From the NCBI GenBank assembly GCA_021613535.1, contig CP075495.1:5518001-5582000 (forward strand): a stretch of 64,000 nt of DNA. Direction: 5' to 3'. Below, one piece after another: positions 1 to 12,293 of the stretch. Each line of letters opens with the position of its first letter. Positions within the stretch are counted from its first letter, which is position 1. The position numbers and the translations under genes are program-made. The stretch comes from Adineta vaga (Eukaryota; Animalia; Rotifera). A model generated the notes under the pieces. The model was not told the DNA's origin. It saw only the letters and a program-made list of their open reading frames with translations, and made no database searches.

Positions 1-242
1 ATCAATATATACATCTCAAATGACAACGTATCATTATCGATAAAAAGGATAAAATTCCCTGAAGGATGATTTTTTGATATTCTATTCAAGTAATAACTAT
101 ATGCATATATATATATATATATATGTGTGTGTGTATTGAGAGAGAATGAAAGAAGATTAATCGAGAAGAATTAAAACAAAAAAGCTTTTAATCTACAAAT
201 ATTTTGTTGATGTTTTTGATCAATAATATATTCTTGTTATTG

Positions 243-1802
243 TTAGCGATGCGGTGAAACATTTCGTGAAGTTGAAGGTGATCGACCACTAAGACCACCA
301 GCAGATGAGTATGATGTTGAATAAGTGACTTCACGAACATTATGAGAACTACTTGGACCTGATGTATTTCTCAATAAACGTAAATTAAGTGAATCGAGTA
401 ATGAACGACCACGATTCATTATTTTTTCTGCTTCTTCAGCAAAATGTCGTAGACCAACTTGATTATTACCACCTTCGAGTAATAAACGATATCGACGTAT
501 TTCTTCTTCTAATGTTGTACGATATTTTTCTAAATCATTTATATAACCTTTTATACGATCAATTTCTTCACGATAACGTCTTTGTTCGTCAACAAGACGT
601 TGATCTTCATGATAGGTTGTGGATTGTATCTGTTGACGTATATCAGCTATTTGTCTATCAAGATCTTGATTTTCCATTTGTAAGCCATTAACACGACCAC
701 GTATATCAGATATACTTCGAGTGATTTCTCGAATCTTTTCTGTTTGCCATTGTGATTCAATCGGTTCTTTTGGTTGATGATATTCAATCAACGCACTAAC
801 TTTTGCCTGATAATAATTTTGTAATTGTTGTTGCTGTTGATCGGTAATTGCTTCAAATTGTTTACGTATTTCACGTATAGCAGCTGTTAATTCACTTTCA
901 AAGAATGGTGCTGGATCAACATTAGCAATAGCTACTTTGGAACGAAGTTGTTCAACATCAAATTTATGTGCAGTATCTAATGCTTTTAATTCTTGTTCAA
1001 GAACAGTTTTCTCTGCCATAAGTAATTGTTTTTGTGTTGCTTCATTAGCTATTTCAGAGATAAGATTTGCAACATCAGCACGAATACGTTGTAATTCAGC
1101 ATTGTATAGTGTAATTTCATCATCATTATCAGCAATTATTTTACGAATTAATTCAATTTTTTTTTCGAGATCAATGATTTTTTCACGTAATTGTTTTAAT
1201 TGACCTTTAGCACCATTGATTTGATCTGGTCGTTGAGCATTAGTTAAACGTTGTTCAGCTTGTTTAAGACGTGCTTCTGCTTCTTGTCGTTTACCTTGTC
1301 CTGAACGGACATCATCATCCATTCGTTTTAACGTTTCTTCGGCTTCTTTTTTTTCCCGTGTAATTATTTCACGAATACGTTGCAAACCAATACCTTTCTT
1401 ATTTCGTATATTATCCAAATCACGACTAAGTTTTCGATTGACTGCTTCTAAGTAACGAATTTTACCAATATATTCAGCAAATCGATCATTCAATTCAGCT
1501 AATTGACGTTTTTCTTCAGCTCGTTGACTATTAAATGGAACTAATGCCCAAGAACCCATGCCACCACCACCAACCGTAGTACGTAATGGTACAGCACTAC
1601 TTGACATCGAGTGAGATACACTCATCTTTGATGTTACACTTCGATTTCCTCCACCTAAATTTTTCACTGGTCGAGTGATGATCACTTGTCGTGGAGTAAT
1701 TGCTGACATATAGCCAACAGATCCAAGTGTGTCATATGTTGTATTTGTACGCGGATCTGCTGTATACATTTCTTCACGCTGTACATCATAGATAGTTGGC
1801 AT
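243..1802 (-). CDS. Cytoplasmic intermediate filament protein (protostome long-rod type, no lamin-tail domain), single exon
   Basis: 519-aa ORF. Coil 1A consensus EKRQLAELNDRFAEYIGKIRYLE and rod-end consensus LEEEIRRYRLLLEG are followed by a GLRH motif like the post-rod GLRQ of nematode IFA proteins. Rod is ~349 aa; the 75-aa Ser-rich tail has no CaaX. Confidence 0.92.
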   Translation of the reverse strand: MPTIYDVQREEMYTADPRTNTTYDTLGSVGYMSAITPRQVIITRPVKNLGGGNRSVTSKMSVSHSMSSSAVPLRTTVGGGGMGSWALVPFNSQRAEEKRQLAELNDRFAEYIGKIRYLEAVNRKLSRDLDNIRNKKGIGLQRIREIITREKKEAEETLKRMDDDVRSGQGKRQEAEARLKQAEQRLTNAQRPDQINGAKGQLKQLREKIIDLEKKIELIRKIIADNDDEITLYNAELQRIRADVANLISEIANEATQKQLLMAEKTVLEQELKALDTAHKFDVEQLRSKVAIANVDPAPFFESELTAAIREIRKQFEAITDQQQQQLQNYYQAKVSALIEYHQPKEPIESQWQTEKIREITRSISDIRGRVNGLQMENQDLDRQIADIRQQIQSTTYHEDQRLVDEQRRYREEIDRIKGYINDLEKYRTTLEEEIRRYRLLLEGGNNQVGLRHFAEEAEKIMNRGRSLLDSLNLRLLRNTSGPSSSHNVREVTYSTSYSSAGGLSGRSPSTSRNVSPHR

Positions 1803-1899
1803 GGTAAATGACGCAAAAAGAAACGAGCGGATTTCTTGATTTAAATAGATGGATATGTGTCAGATGAATGTGCTATAGAAAATGTGTACCGATGTACTT

Positions 1900-1907
1900 C
1901 TTATATA
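1900..1907 (-). promoter_or_regulatory. Candidate TATA box (TATATAAG) of the IF gene
   Basis: TATATAAG on the minus strand ~100 nt upstream of the ATG at 1802. The AT-rich background lowers specificity. Confidence 0.4.
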
Positions 1908-2142
1908 CGAGAAAGAACAAGAGATGATAGAAGGTATATGTGTGTATATGTAACAGACTCATCGACTTAATTTCTCATCAGTACAAACAAATCCAAAATT
2001 AATCGCATATTACATATTCTTGCGGTTTCTTTCACATGTACATTCATTTTCAAAAAGAAAGTGATATTCTATAGTGCTATTTAAAGCAATAATACAAACA
2101 CCAAAGCTCCCACTACTGCCCACGAATAACCTCATACAATAG

Positions 2143-5100
2143 TCAAGGCCCACAAATCAATAAAGCTTGAATAGAGTACACACTCACATACACGCGCGCA
2201 AAATCATATTTTATTATCCTACCTGATTCGGCTATTGACAACGGCCAAGACAACGAACTTGACTGTAATGACACCGTTTCAGAAGCTATAAAAAGAATAT
2301 TATGAACTTTGACATTTGTTCTTAGTTATAGTGAAAAAATTGCTGTATTCATTTTCAAATGACTCTTATACAACGATAATCAATGTGTTATTCGTAATAG
2401 AACAGAAAAAGATCAGTTTTCGATGATAAATTATGGTCCCAAAGAGTATCGCTGTGAGTATGCACTCATATTAGTGTATCATTCTTTTTCAAATAGTGAA
2501 AATAAAAACGAAATTCTATTTACCTCCTGCAATTCGAATGTCTGATGTTTTGACAATAGTTATTTGTATATTTTCACACGAATCTATCCATAATGAATTT
2601 AATGATGATTTGCATTGTTCATATGTTTGAATTGGTATACTATCATCAAGAGAAATAATTTCATCTCCAATTGATAAATTTGGACAATGATCGCCGTCAA
2701 TAATCGATGAAATTTTGATTTTTCCATCATCTGCTGCTTCAAAATCAAAACCATATCTTCCCAGATGATCTGCTTGTCTCGTAACAATAACTGTCGTATA
2801 ACTTTCTTCAATATCATTAGTTTTTGATTCTTTTTCATCACCATTATCAATGACACGTTCAATTGTTGTAATTAGCTCTTCACTAATTGTATCACTCACA
2901 GGCGATGCATTGTGTTCTCTTTGTTCATGTAGTTGCTTTTCAAGTTGATCGATATCATCATCGAATTGTTTAGTTGTCGTACGATATCGTTCAAAATTTG
3001 TTGAATAACGATGGCATAATTCTTCAAATTTGTCAACAATATCATCTGTTCCGGGTTCGGTTGTTGTTCGACGATAACCATATTCTTCGTAGATTTCTTC
3101 ATCATATACGGGTGGATGTAAAATATGAAATTCGATTTGATTTTCATTGGGAGGAAATTGATGATAATTTGAATTGCTTAAAAGGGAATCACTGACAATT
3201 TGAGAAAGATTGTTCACAGGTAGTGGTGGACGTGGTGGAACATATTCGTTTATGGGAATATTGGGTTGTGGCATGGATGATTCAATTTCATAAGCAATCG
3301 TTTCGGAAGTATGTGTGTTATCGACGTTTGATGAAGGAACAGATTCTTTTAGAATTTCGTATTCAATTGTGTCGTCATTCGATTCTTCCATAGAATAATC
3401 ATGGTAATGTTCATCAACTGGTGTATTTTCCATTTGGTTTTGATCTTCAATTTCTAACTCATCTTGCCGAAGAGCATCTAAAGGAAGTGTGTTCGAAATT
3501 GTTTCATCTGAAATCATTTGAGAATCGAATGATTCTGGAGTTTCCATTTCAATTAGTCTTTCGATTTGGACCGGTGAAGCTCTGTAAATCATAGGTTCCA
3601 TATCATTACTATCAATCATAAGTTCATTAGAAACAACGTCAGGAGTATATAAATCTATTGGTTCCATTTCGATTAGTGAAGCTTCATCAACAGTCTTTGG
3701 TATTTCTTCTGAAGGAGGAGTTTCAGGAATAGCTTGATCAACAATTTGGAATTTAATGGGTTGTTGAAATCTAGCGGCCAAAGCTTCATGAATGATTGTT
3801 CCAAGATTATCTGTATCGATGATTGATTCATTTTCACTGGATTCAGATAATTGTGATGAATAAATATCTGAATGAAATGAATCATTAGGTATCATTGTAA
3901 ATGATTTCTGATATGGACCTTCTAAAGCTTCATTAACAAGCGTTCCCAAATTATCTGTATTAGCAGTTAATTGATCGAATGATTCAGGTAATTCTTCAGT
4001 AAAAACTTCAAAATCAAATGGATTAGATGTTTTCATTTTGATTGGTTTTTGAAATCTAGCTGCTAAAGCTTCATGAATAATTGTTCCCAAATTATCTGTA
4101 TTTGCACTAGATTCTGAAGCGTCTTGATCAATATTACTAACAGATAATGCTTCATTAACTACTTGCACTAAATTATCAATATTAATGATCGATTCTTGTA
4201 CTTGATGAATTTCATTAAATTGAACTGATTTTTGATATCTAGCATTTAATGCTTCATGTACAATCGTACCTAAATTATCAGTATTCACTTGTTCATCAGA
4301 TTCACCGATTAAATTATCATAAGACCATTCATCGGAATCATTTACAACTTGTTTTGGTTCATCCTCAGTTGGCGTTATTGTATCATCATAAATAAATACT
4401 AAATTATTTACACAGGATGATGTTTGATCAATGGATTGAACAATTTCAACAAGATTATCAATAGATGGTTTCGTTGATTCTTCAGTAAGATTATCATAAA
4501 TGAATGCAAGATCATCCATTGTATTCGATATTTCTGTTTGATTACATCGATGAATATCCCCAACTATACTAACTAATTGATCAATATTAATGAGTGATTC
4601 TTCACCTTTAGCTAGTATATGTGCTTGTTCTTCATCAATGTTTGTTGTAATCTGATTATTTGTTCGATTGTATGTATCAATTTGTTCTAAGAGATCTGTT
4701 AGATTTTCAATAAGTACATCTGAATTTTCATTTGTTGATGAGATTTGTTGAGTTGTTTGTAAAGGTGATGGTATGGCATCATAATAGAAAGTTTCTTCGG
4801 GTGTAACAATATTGTTAATTAAATCATCGTGAACAAAATATTGTGGAAAATTACTACCATTCGTGTCATCACTTCCAATCGATAATGATGATTGATGACC
4901 ATTATCAATACGAGATTCTTTTGCTGTATGATAAGATGTCGTTGTACCATCATCTAAATCAATTAAACTATCAGCTTCGATAATTTGTGAATTTAGAGGT
5001 GGTGATGGAAATACATCCATATCGAATTTTGCTGTTATTGTTGGACTGTCAGTTGGAGTTATCTAATAATAGACACAAAAAAGAAAACATTCATTATCTA

Positions 5101-8100
5101 TTAAATGCATTTATATAAAGGATAATCGAAATATACAGTAAAACTTTTCTTCGTATACGACAATATGCAATCTCTTCGAATGAATTTCATTCGAAAATGA
5201 ACACATATGTTTAGATTAAATACTAGACGTTTTTTACTTCTGCTTCCCTGAACAATCTATGCTCTGTCGTTCGCACATTGATGATGAAAAGAACAATTGT
5301 ATCATACGTTTTTGTATTATGATAAATAAGAAAAGAAAATGAATTGATCAAGCATATTTAACTAAAGAAAAACATTGATACTGTTTTATACAATTTTGTT
5401 TGTGATTGGTTTTCATGTTCAAGATTAATATGTATATATCTACTGAATGAAAAACTCAATTAACAAAAGCTGAAGAAGAGTAATTTTGTTTTTTTTCGAT
5501 CTTGTTAATCAAACATACCACTTGGACGATTGAATAATGTAATAATTGTTAGAAATGATTACGTTTATTCTCTATGATATAATACTTTCAATTTCCGTAA
5601 GGGAGAAAGGTGATAATGAATTTAACCTTAGTCTCATAATTTTCTGTTAAATATACAACAACTCGATTATGATCGTTTAGTTAAGAATATTTAAAACTAA
5701 CATACATTTTTCATTGACATAAGTGAGTCTTCTAAATCATCATTATCAGCATGTTGCCATGAAGAATCTCGAATATGATGATCAATGGATGGTAAATCAT
5801 AACCATGATTCATATACGGTTCTAAATACATTCCACATGAACCTGGTGTTGACGGTGTTATTTCTAATGGTAATTCAATTGAATCTGGCGAAGGAGTTAT
5901 TGTATGAACTGTATGTAGTTGTCGCCGTATTGAGCGGCGACTATTTCGATTGGTAAAAGCATGATTTGATTGATTGGGTTGTTGTTGTTGTTGTTGCTGT
6001 TCGCTGGTTTCTAAAACTGTTGGTCGTGTATGACTATGTGTCGGTGAACCAGTCAGTTGTTTTAGATTTAACTGTGTATCCAGTAAAAATGTTGATGAAT
6101 CAATAATTGGACGAAAATTATTGGGAATAAATTCATTTTCTGTTGGTGATAGATAGATTTCATTATTATGTGCCCATTCATTAACTTTTGCACTTGCATT
6201 GATCATCACTTGATATAAATTATCAACAGGTGCAGTTGGTTTTGTTTGTGGCGAATTCATGCCTGATGATAAATATGCTGCCATTAATAATGCTTCATCA
6301 TTTTCTGATGATTTTTCTAGACGAAATTTCGGTAATGGACATTCATCACTAGTTTTACTTTTTGTTGGTGATGCTAATTTCCATTGTGGTTTTTCACTCC
6401 AAGAGTTAGTCATTGGTGCATGAATGGTATATTCATCTTCTTGTAGACGACGTGTCTTTCTATCTAATTCACCATAAAGTTCTCGTATTTGATCACGTGA
6501 ATACGTTTGCATTGATGAAGGAATAGCTGGTGTATTGGCAGCTTCATAAGCTATTTCACGACCACGAAGTATCATTGCTTCTTTTTCATCATTGTTCATA
6601 TCTTGTTTAACAGCTTGACGACGATAGATAAAACAAGCATCTGTAACCGTTTGACTTGGTTGTTGACGTTGAATTTGACGTTGTTTATTAGCTGTTTCGA
6701 TAGAATAACTAGAAACGAAAAGAAAAACATTTTTCAGAAAACGACACATATCAATTGCTTACATTAGACCAGATGATTTCGTTTTCTTCTCGTCAGAAGT
6801 TGTTTTTGAAATTGATTGTTGCAGTGAATCAAGTGATTTATGAGTATCCATTGATTCATCTTCACTTTTTTCCAAAGAAATTTTACTTCGATGTTTATAA
6901 TAATTTGAAAGAACACTTCGATCCGTAAGTAGTGATGTATTTGTACCTAGATATTCATTGAATTCTATCTCTTCACTTATTTTTCTTTAAGATTTAACTT
7001 ACCATCTGTTTCAATAAAACCACTATCTCGAGCTGGACTTGTACTACGTTTATAAACTAATGGTTTACTTTGATGTTCATGTGTAAGTTTGCTTTTATTT
7101 GTAATATTTTGTTTGGAATTCGAATTCGATGGGATATCATCAAGAATAATCAATGATCTATGACTTTCATTAAATGATGATGTTGATCGTCGATCATCAA
7201 TAGATAATTTTCGAAATTCATTAAACGTTAAAGAACCCAAATGTCGAACTGTAGTATTATTCAACAAAGATCGATCTGTACAACGGCATATACCAATACG
7301 TATCGTCTTATTCTGACGACGTAAAGCTGTAAATTCTGTTTTAATTTGATCATAAGTCAAAGTTATTGGTGGTTTAAGAAGATTTTTTTCATTGACAAAT
7401 ATTAAAATATCTCCTAAAAATAACAATTCATAGATGAAATGTTTGATCTATCCTTGAACTTAATAATTGTGTAATCGATACAAACATATGAAAATGTCAA
7501 ACACTAGATAAATACTCGTCTCTATTTTTATATGATCATTATTTTGATAGATATTGTCAATGTTAGAAGTTGAAAAGTTTAACTAAGAACAACAGTAATA
7601 ACAAAGTGTCAATGACCTATCGAACGATGAATAAAAAAAGAAAAGTTCATTCGTTCGTCTATGAAAGAATTTCATGTTTATTTACATCAGAAGAAACTAT
7701 GCGCAACAGTCTCAACGTTCTTTGATATACGCAAATTTGATTGAGTTAATATATGATGCATCTGCTTCCATATATTAATTCTTATTCAATTATTAATGCA
7801 AATGCGATGATCAATATATGCATTTGTTAGAATGATAATAAGAAAAGAAAAAAAGATCTTTTCATCAATAACAATACTAAATAATTTTCTATTTGACCTT
7901 AATTTCAAGGCGCATTGTTCGCGTAAGAAATATAGTGAAGAAGAAGAAGAAGAGGAAAGTGCTTTTTCTATCGAATTATTAACGATAATCAGACAAGAAT
8001 GAACAAAATAATCATAAATAAATCGAACTGTTCTTATAGACAACAAGAATATCACGCATCGATCACAGGTGTATCGACGAGTTGAACATATTTTCCATAG

Positions 8101-11100
8101 GTATACAATTCAAATAATTGAATATGATTAAATCCTTTAAATAATAATTCTTTGGGTATATATAAAGTACGTTGTGGTCCAATACTCCAATATCGTCCTA
8201 AATTGAATCCATTAATAAAAGCTACACCTTTTGTCCATTGAGAATCTAATGATAAATATGTGTCAGCAATTGATTGTTCATTCTCAATATGAAATGGTGC
8301 ATAAAATAATTGTGGACCATGATTGAGATCATGAATTTTCTCAGCATTTTTTTCTTCAATATTCATATGATTCCAATCTGTAATACTTGACATGCCTTTA
8401 CGAAATTCTAATGTATGAATAGTCCATGTTTTCAATTCAATTGTATCATTTAATAATACTTTATCAAGAATACCTTTTCGACTTTGATCAAGTGTTGGAC
8501 CAAAATTAATTCGACCCATATTCTCCACTATAATTGTGAAATTTTTCGTATTTGATGGTAAATCAAATCGAATGAAATTTTCTGTACATAAAGATTTATA
8601 AATTATTTTTCCATTGGCAAGAATTAATGCATTATCAGCAATGGATTTTATTGTTATATGATATTCAGTATTCTTTTCTTTGAGATAATATTCCATATTA
8701 TTATTTGTATAAACAATAAAACCTTGAGATGCACTGGTACCAGTTTGAGGATTGATTTTAATCTGTTCCATATTTAATGGTCCATCATGAATTTCACATT
8801 TATTTGTTAAAATATCATCATCAAGTAATTGTTCAAATGTTTTATAACCAAAGATTTTTATTTTACCAAAAGAAGCTTTTTTCGATGGTTTAGTTTCAAT
8901 AATTTCAAATGTATCATCATTTGAACGTCGATGATTATAGACAATTAATTTTGGATTGAGTTCATAGAACTTTTTAATTATACGTTGTATAGCAAAATAT
9001 TTTTCTGTTCGATCACCAGATTCATTTAATGGCGCATCATAATCATAAGAAGTAACTAATGGTGAATATTTTTGTGACGGAAAATGATGACCACCTGATG
9101 TAAAACCAAAATTTGTACCACCAAAAAACATATAAAAATTAATGGATATTTCATATTTTGAATTTAATAAAATTTCTTCGAGGTCTTTTTCAAATTTTTG
9201 TGCAGGATAAGCAGCTTTAGAGCCTGTTTTATGTTTACCACCCCAGTAATCGAACCATCCAGTCCAATATTCTGTAATCATTATATGATGATGAGAACGA
9301 AATACCATTAATTGTTCGATATTTTCTTGAATATTTCGTTGAAAATTAATTGTTGCCCAAACATCTTTTAATGCACCACGAGAAAGATCTCTAGCACCAT
9401 CTGATGTGAAAAATAATTCATCTAAACCATATTCAACATACATGGAATGAATAGCTCGAAGATAATCTTTATCTTCACCATAGCTTCCATATTCATTTTC
9501 AATTTGAAATGCAATTATTGAACCTTGACCATGTCGATTATATTGATGTTCAGATAGAATTGGTAATAATACTGAATAGTATTTTTTTAATGCATCAAGA
9601 AAACCGGGATGAGTTGAACGAACACGCATTTTGTTATCTTGTAATAACCAACTTGGTAAACCACCCCATTCATATTCAGCACAGATATAACCTAGAAAAA
9701 TAAATAGAGAGTTGAATAGAATGAGCGAAAAGATTTATCTATTATTGATTTTACCTGATGGGCGAATAATTGCAAACATTTCATGTTGATGAATAAGTTT
9801 CAAAAAACTTGATAGATCTGTTAAACCTTCTGTAAATTTATAATTGTTTCTATCTGGTTCATGTAAATTCCATGGAATGTAGGTTTCAATAGTATTTAAA
9901 CCAGCTCTCTTCATTTCTTCGATTCGATCTGACCATAATTGTGGTAGAACACGAAAATAATGCAGTGAACCACTTAAAATTCGAAATGGTCGAAGATGTT
10001 TACGATTTAAATCATTTTCTTTGAATAAACGAATAAATAAATGTCGTTCATTATCAAGTATTAATGTTGGTTCGTATTGTTCAGGTAACATTTGTTTCAA
10101 TAATAAATAAAATAATATAATAAAACCAAAAACTATGAAAATGTGTAAATATCTTCGATGATAACGTAAATGATAAATACGCATAACAAATAGTTTTATT
10201 GCTAAGGTAACTGTTTGTTTTCTTCTATGTTTGTCGTCGAAATGTTCTTTGTCATACATCAAATAAATTCTTTGTTGATAGGTAAATCATTGAAAGTAGA
10301 ACATGTGATACGATATTATGATAGTAATGGTATAGAAATCGTTGAATATATCTACATTTAGTTTTGTAATGAATACTCATGAAAAACGTGCAATAAAATG
10401 TAAGCAAAGCTTATGTACGCATTTCGTCTATAGAACGACGATGACATGCGCACATTTAGATATAGACATACGTATACAAAGAAATAATGCTATTACTACT
10501 ACAGCGATGTTCGCTGAGTTGGTTGTCGGTTAAGCGTATATTTTTTTTTATTATTGGAGCCGCATGTGATGTCGTTCACGAGCAAAATGTCAAAAGGAAG
10601 AAAGAAAAGAAAAGAAAGGAAGGAAGAACAGCGAAGAAATAGAACGAGAAAAGAACGAAGCAGCAACCAGTCATTTCTGAATACCCTCGTCGGTAATATA
10701 CTATTATATTGAATCATATTATGTTATCTGCTTCAGTAACAAACATTTAGTTGACAAAAGATAAAAACGAATAGATGAAACATTCATGTATTGTTCTAAT
10801 CAATTTCTGTTTTTTTTTGTCATTACTTTTCGTAGAAACAAGAAAAACGAAGAGCTTACCGTTACGAATTCCAATTCCGTGTAAACCATTAGAAATCTCA
10901 TAAAATATAATTAAACGTTTATCATTGGCATCATTTGTCAAACTAAGATTTCGTTTATGACTTATATCAAAGACATAAAATTCCAATAAATGATTTTGTT
11001 CATCTGTTGTTGGGCGTGATGATGAATCCGTATCATTATTATTATTATTGTTGTTGTTGTTGTTGTTGTTGTTGTTATTATTATTATTATTAGTATTTCG

Positions 11101-12293
11101 TTGTTTCTTTCTTGACTGTACATTACTACTTACACAACTTAAACTGTCACATGATAATGAACCTAAATGAACGAAGAATACATAAAGTAATTCAATGCTA
11201 AAAAAACAGATACCTAAAAATTTTTTAGGGGAAAAACCTTGTGGTGACTGCCGCTGCTGCTGCTGCTGTTTGCTCATCTGTTTCGTTAATAACGAAACAA
11301 GTGCAATTTTTTCATGTAAATGATGATAACTATGAGATTGTTGTTCACTTTGCTTCATTCCGATCATCTTTTCAATTACTGTCTATTCAATCAAATGCTA
11401 TTGCCTTTTGTAGCCAAGTTAAAGTTTAAAATAATGACATGATACTAAGCTTCTCATTTTTCTTCTTTATGTACAATAGTGATCTTTACGAATCAGATGA
11501 GAAAAAATAATTATGACGATCGGACGGGTAAGGTAAACGACGACGAAAACGAAGAGGAGAAGAAGAAAAAGATGATGATGATGATGATCAACCGATTTAA
11601 TCGGAGCGGATCAATTCTTTCTATCTATCTTTCGTCTGTAAATGAAGGCTAGTGTTGTTTTTATTATTGTTGTTGGCGACTAACGACTATACAAATAGAT
11701 GTCTCGACATAAAGAAGTGCACAATCAGCTTCCGGCTCGGTGTAAATAATGAAGATCTAATCAGTTTGATGCATATGTTTTATTTTATCTATGTATATCA
11801 AAAACAAAACATCATATAAATGCATCTATCAATTAAGAGATCAGAAAATATGATAGAAAAATTCATTATCAAAACAAGTTTCTTATTCATTCAAATCAAT
11901 TCAAATAGATCAAACTGATCTCGAGTTTTTAATAAAACAAATTCATCTATTGACAAACCGACGAAAACATTCATAATAAATCTATTTTCTTTTCTTCCTA
12001 AATGCTCTGCATGAGCATATGTGCAATACTCCAATTACATTTTTCATTTCGATTACATCATTGTCTTACATTCCAATGGTATTAATTAATTTCATATGTC
12101 GAAAGAGAGAAGACAAAGAAGAAGAAGAAAAACATATCTGCTTACTTTTATCGTCGTTACTGTTCTGAATTTGTTTTTGATGATAAAGTTGTTGAGCAAC
12201 ACGTTTTCTTGATAATGGCCGTTTTTCTTTCGGATAAAGTTTGGATGAACGTAAACTTCCACAACAACTCTGACATGAGAGACAATCAACCAT
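2143..12293 (-). CDS. Large multi-exon protein with N-terminal and C-terminal PDZ domains and a long acidic repeat-rich linker
   Basis: Phase-compatible exons: 12293-12146 (tentative), ~11378-11214, 11162-10860, 7413-7003, 6946-6763, 6708-5706, 5062-2524, 2285-2223, 2165-2143 (tentative). The 10860/7413 junction rebuilds the PDZ motif GIGIRN-G-DILIFVNE. The C-terminal PDZ reads GRYGFDF...LSIGDEIISLD. Confidence 0.75.
3770..4290 (-). repeat. Dispersed protein-level repeats (N/D)TDNLGT(I/L)(I/V)(H/N)EAL
   Basis: Four near-identical copies near 4280, 4095, 3955 and 3810, plus degenerate copies, in the 834-aa ORF. Confidence 0.85.
8052..10259 (-). CDS. GH35 beta-galactosidase (GLB1-like) with N-terminal signal anchor; 2 exons; nested in the PDZ-gene intron
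   Basis: Motifs ILSGSLHYFRV, GLNTIETYIPWNLHEP, acid/base FQIENEYG, nucleophile TEYWTGWFD, NFYMFFGGTNFG, TSYDYDAPL, NLGRYW and GPQRTLY. One GT-AG intron at 9692-9754 joins RPSG/YICAE. Hydrophobic segment LHIFIVFGFIILFYLLL. The start could be a later Met. Confidence 0.93.
11032..11092 (-). repeat. Compound (AAT)/(AAC) microsatellite encoding a ~19-Asn run
   Basis: Read directly; lies within exon 11162-10860 of the PDZ gene. Confidence 0.9.

Noticed and set aside
389-1203. Plus-strand ORFs opposite the IF gene, and similar short antisense or alternate-frame ORFs across the track
   Set aside because: Shadows of real exons on the other strand or frame; no independent motifs.
2108-2155. Three GTGGG motifs resembling telomeric repeats, and a possible Sec read-through of the TGA at 2143
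   Set aside because: The motifs are not tandem; no SECIS-like structure or selenoprotein motif is visible.
8052-10259. Beta-galactosidase as a bacterial horizontal transfer
   Set aside because: Intron-poor, but the signal-anchor architecture fits animal GLB1-like proteins and composition matches the host. Cannot be claimed without a phylogeny.
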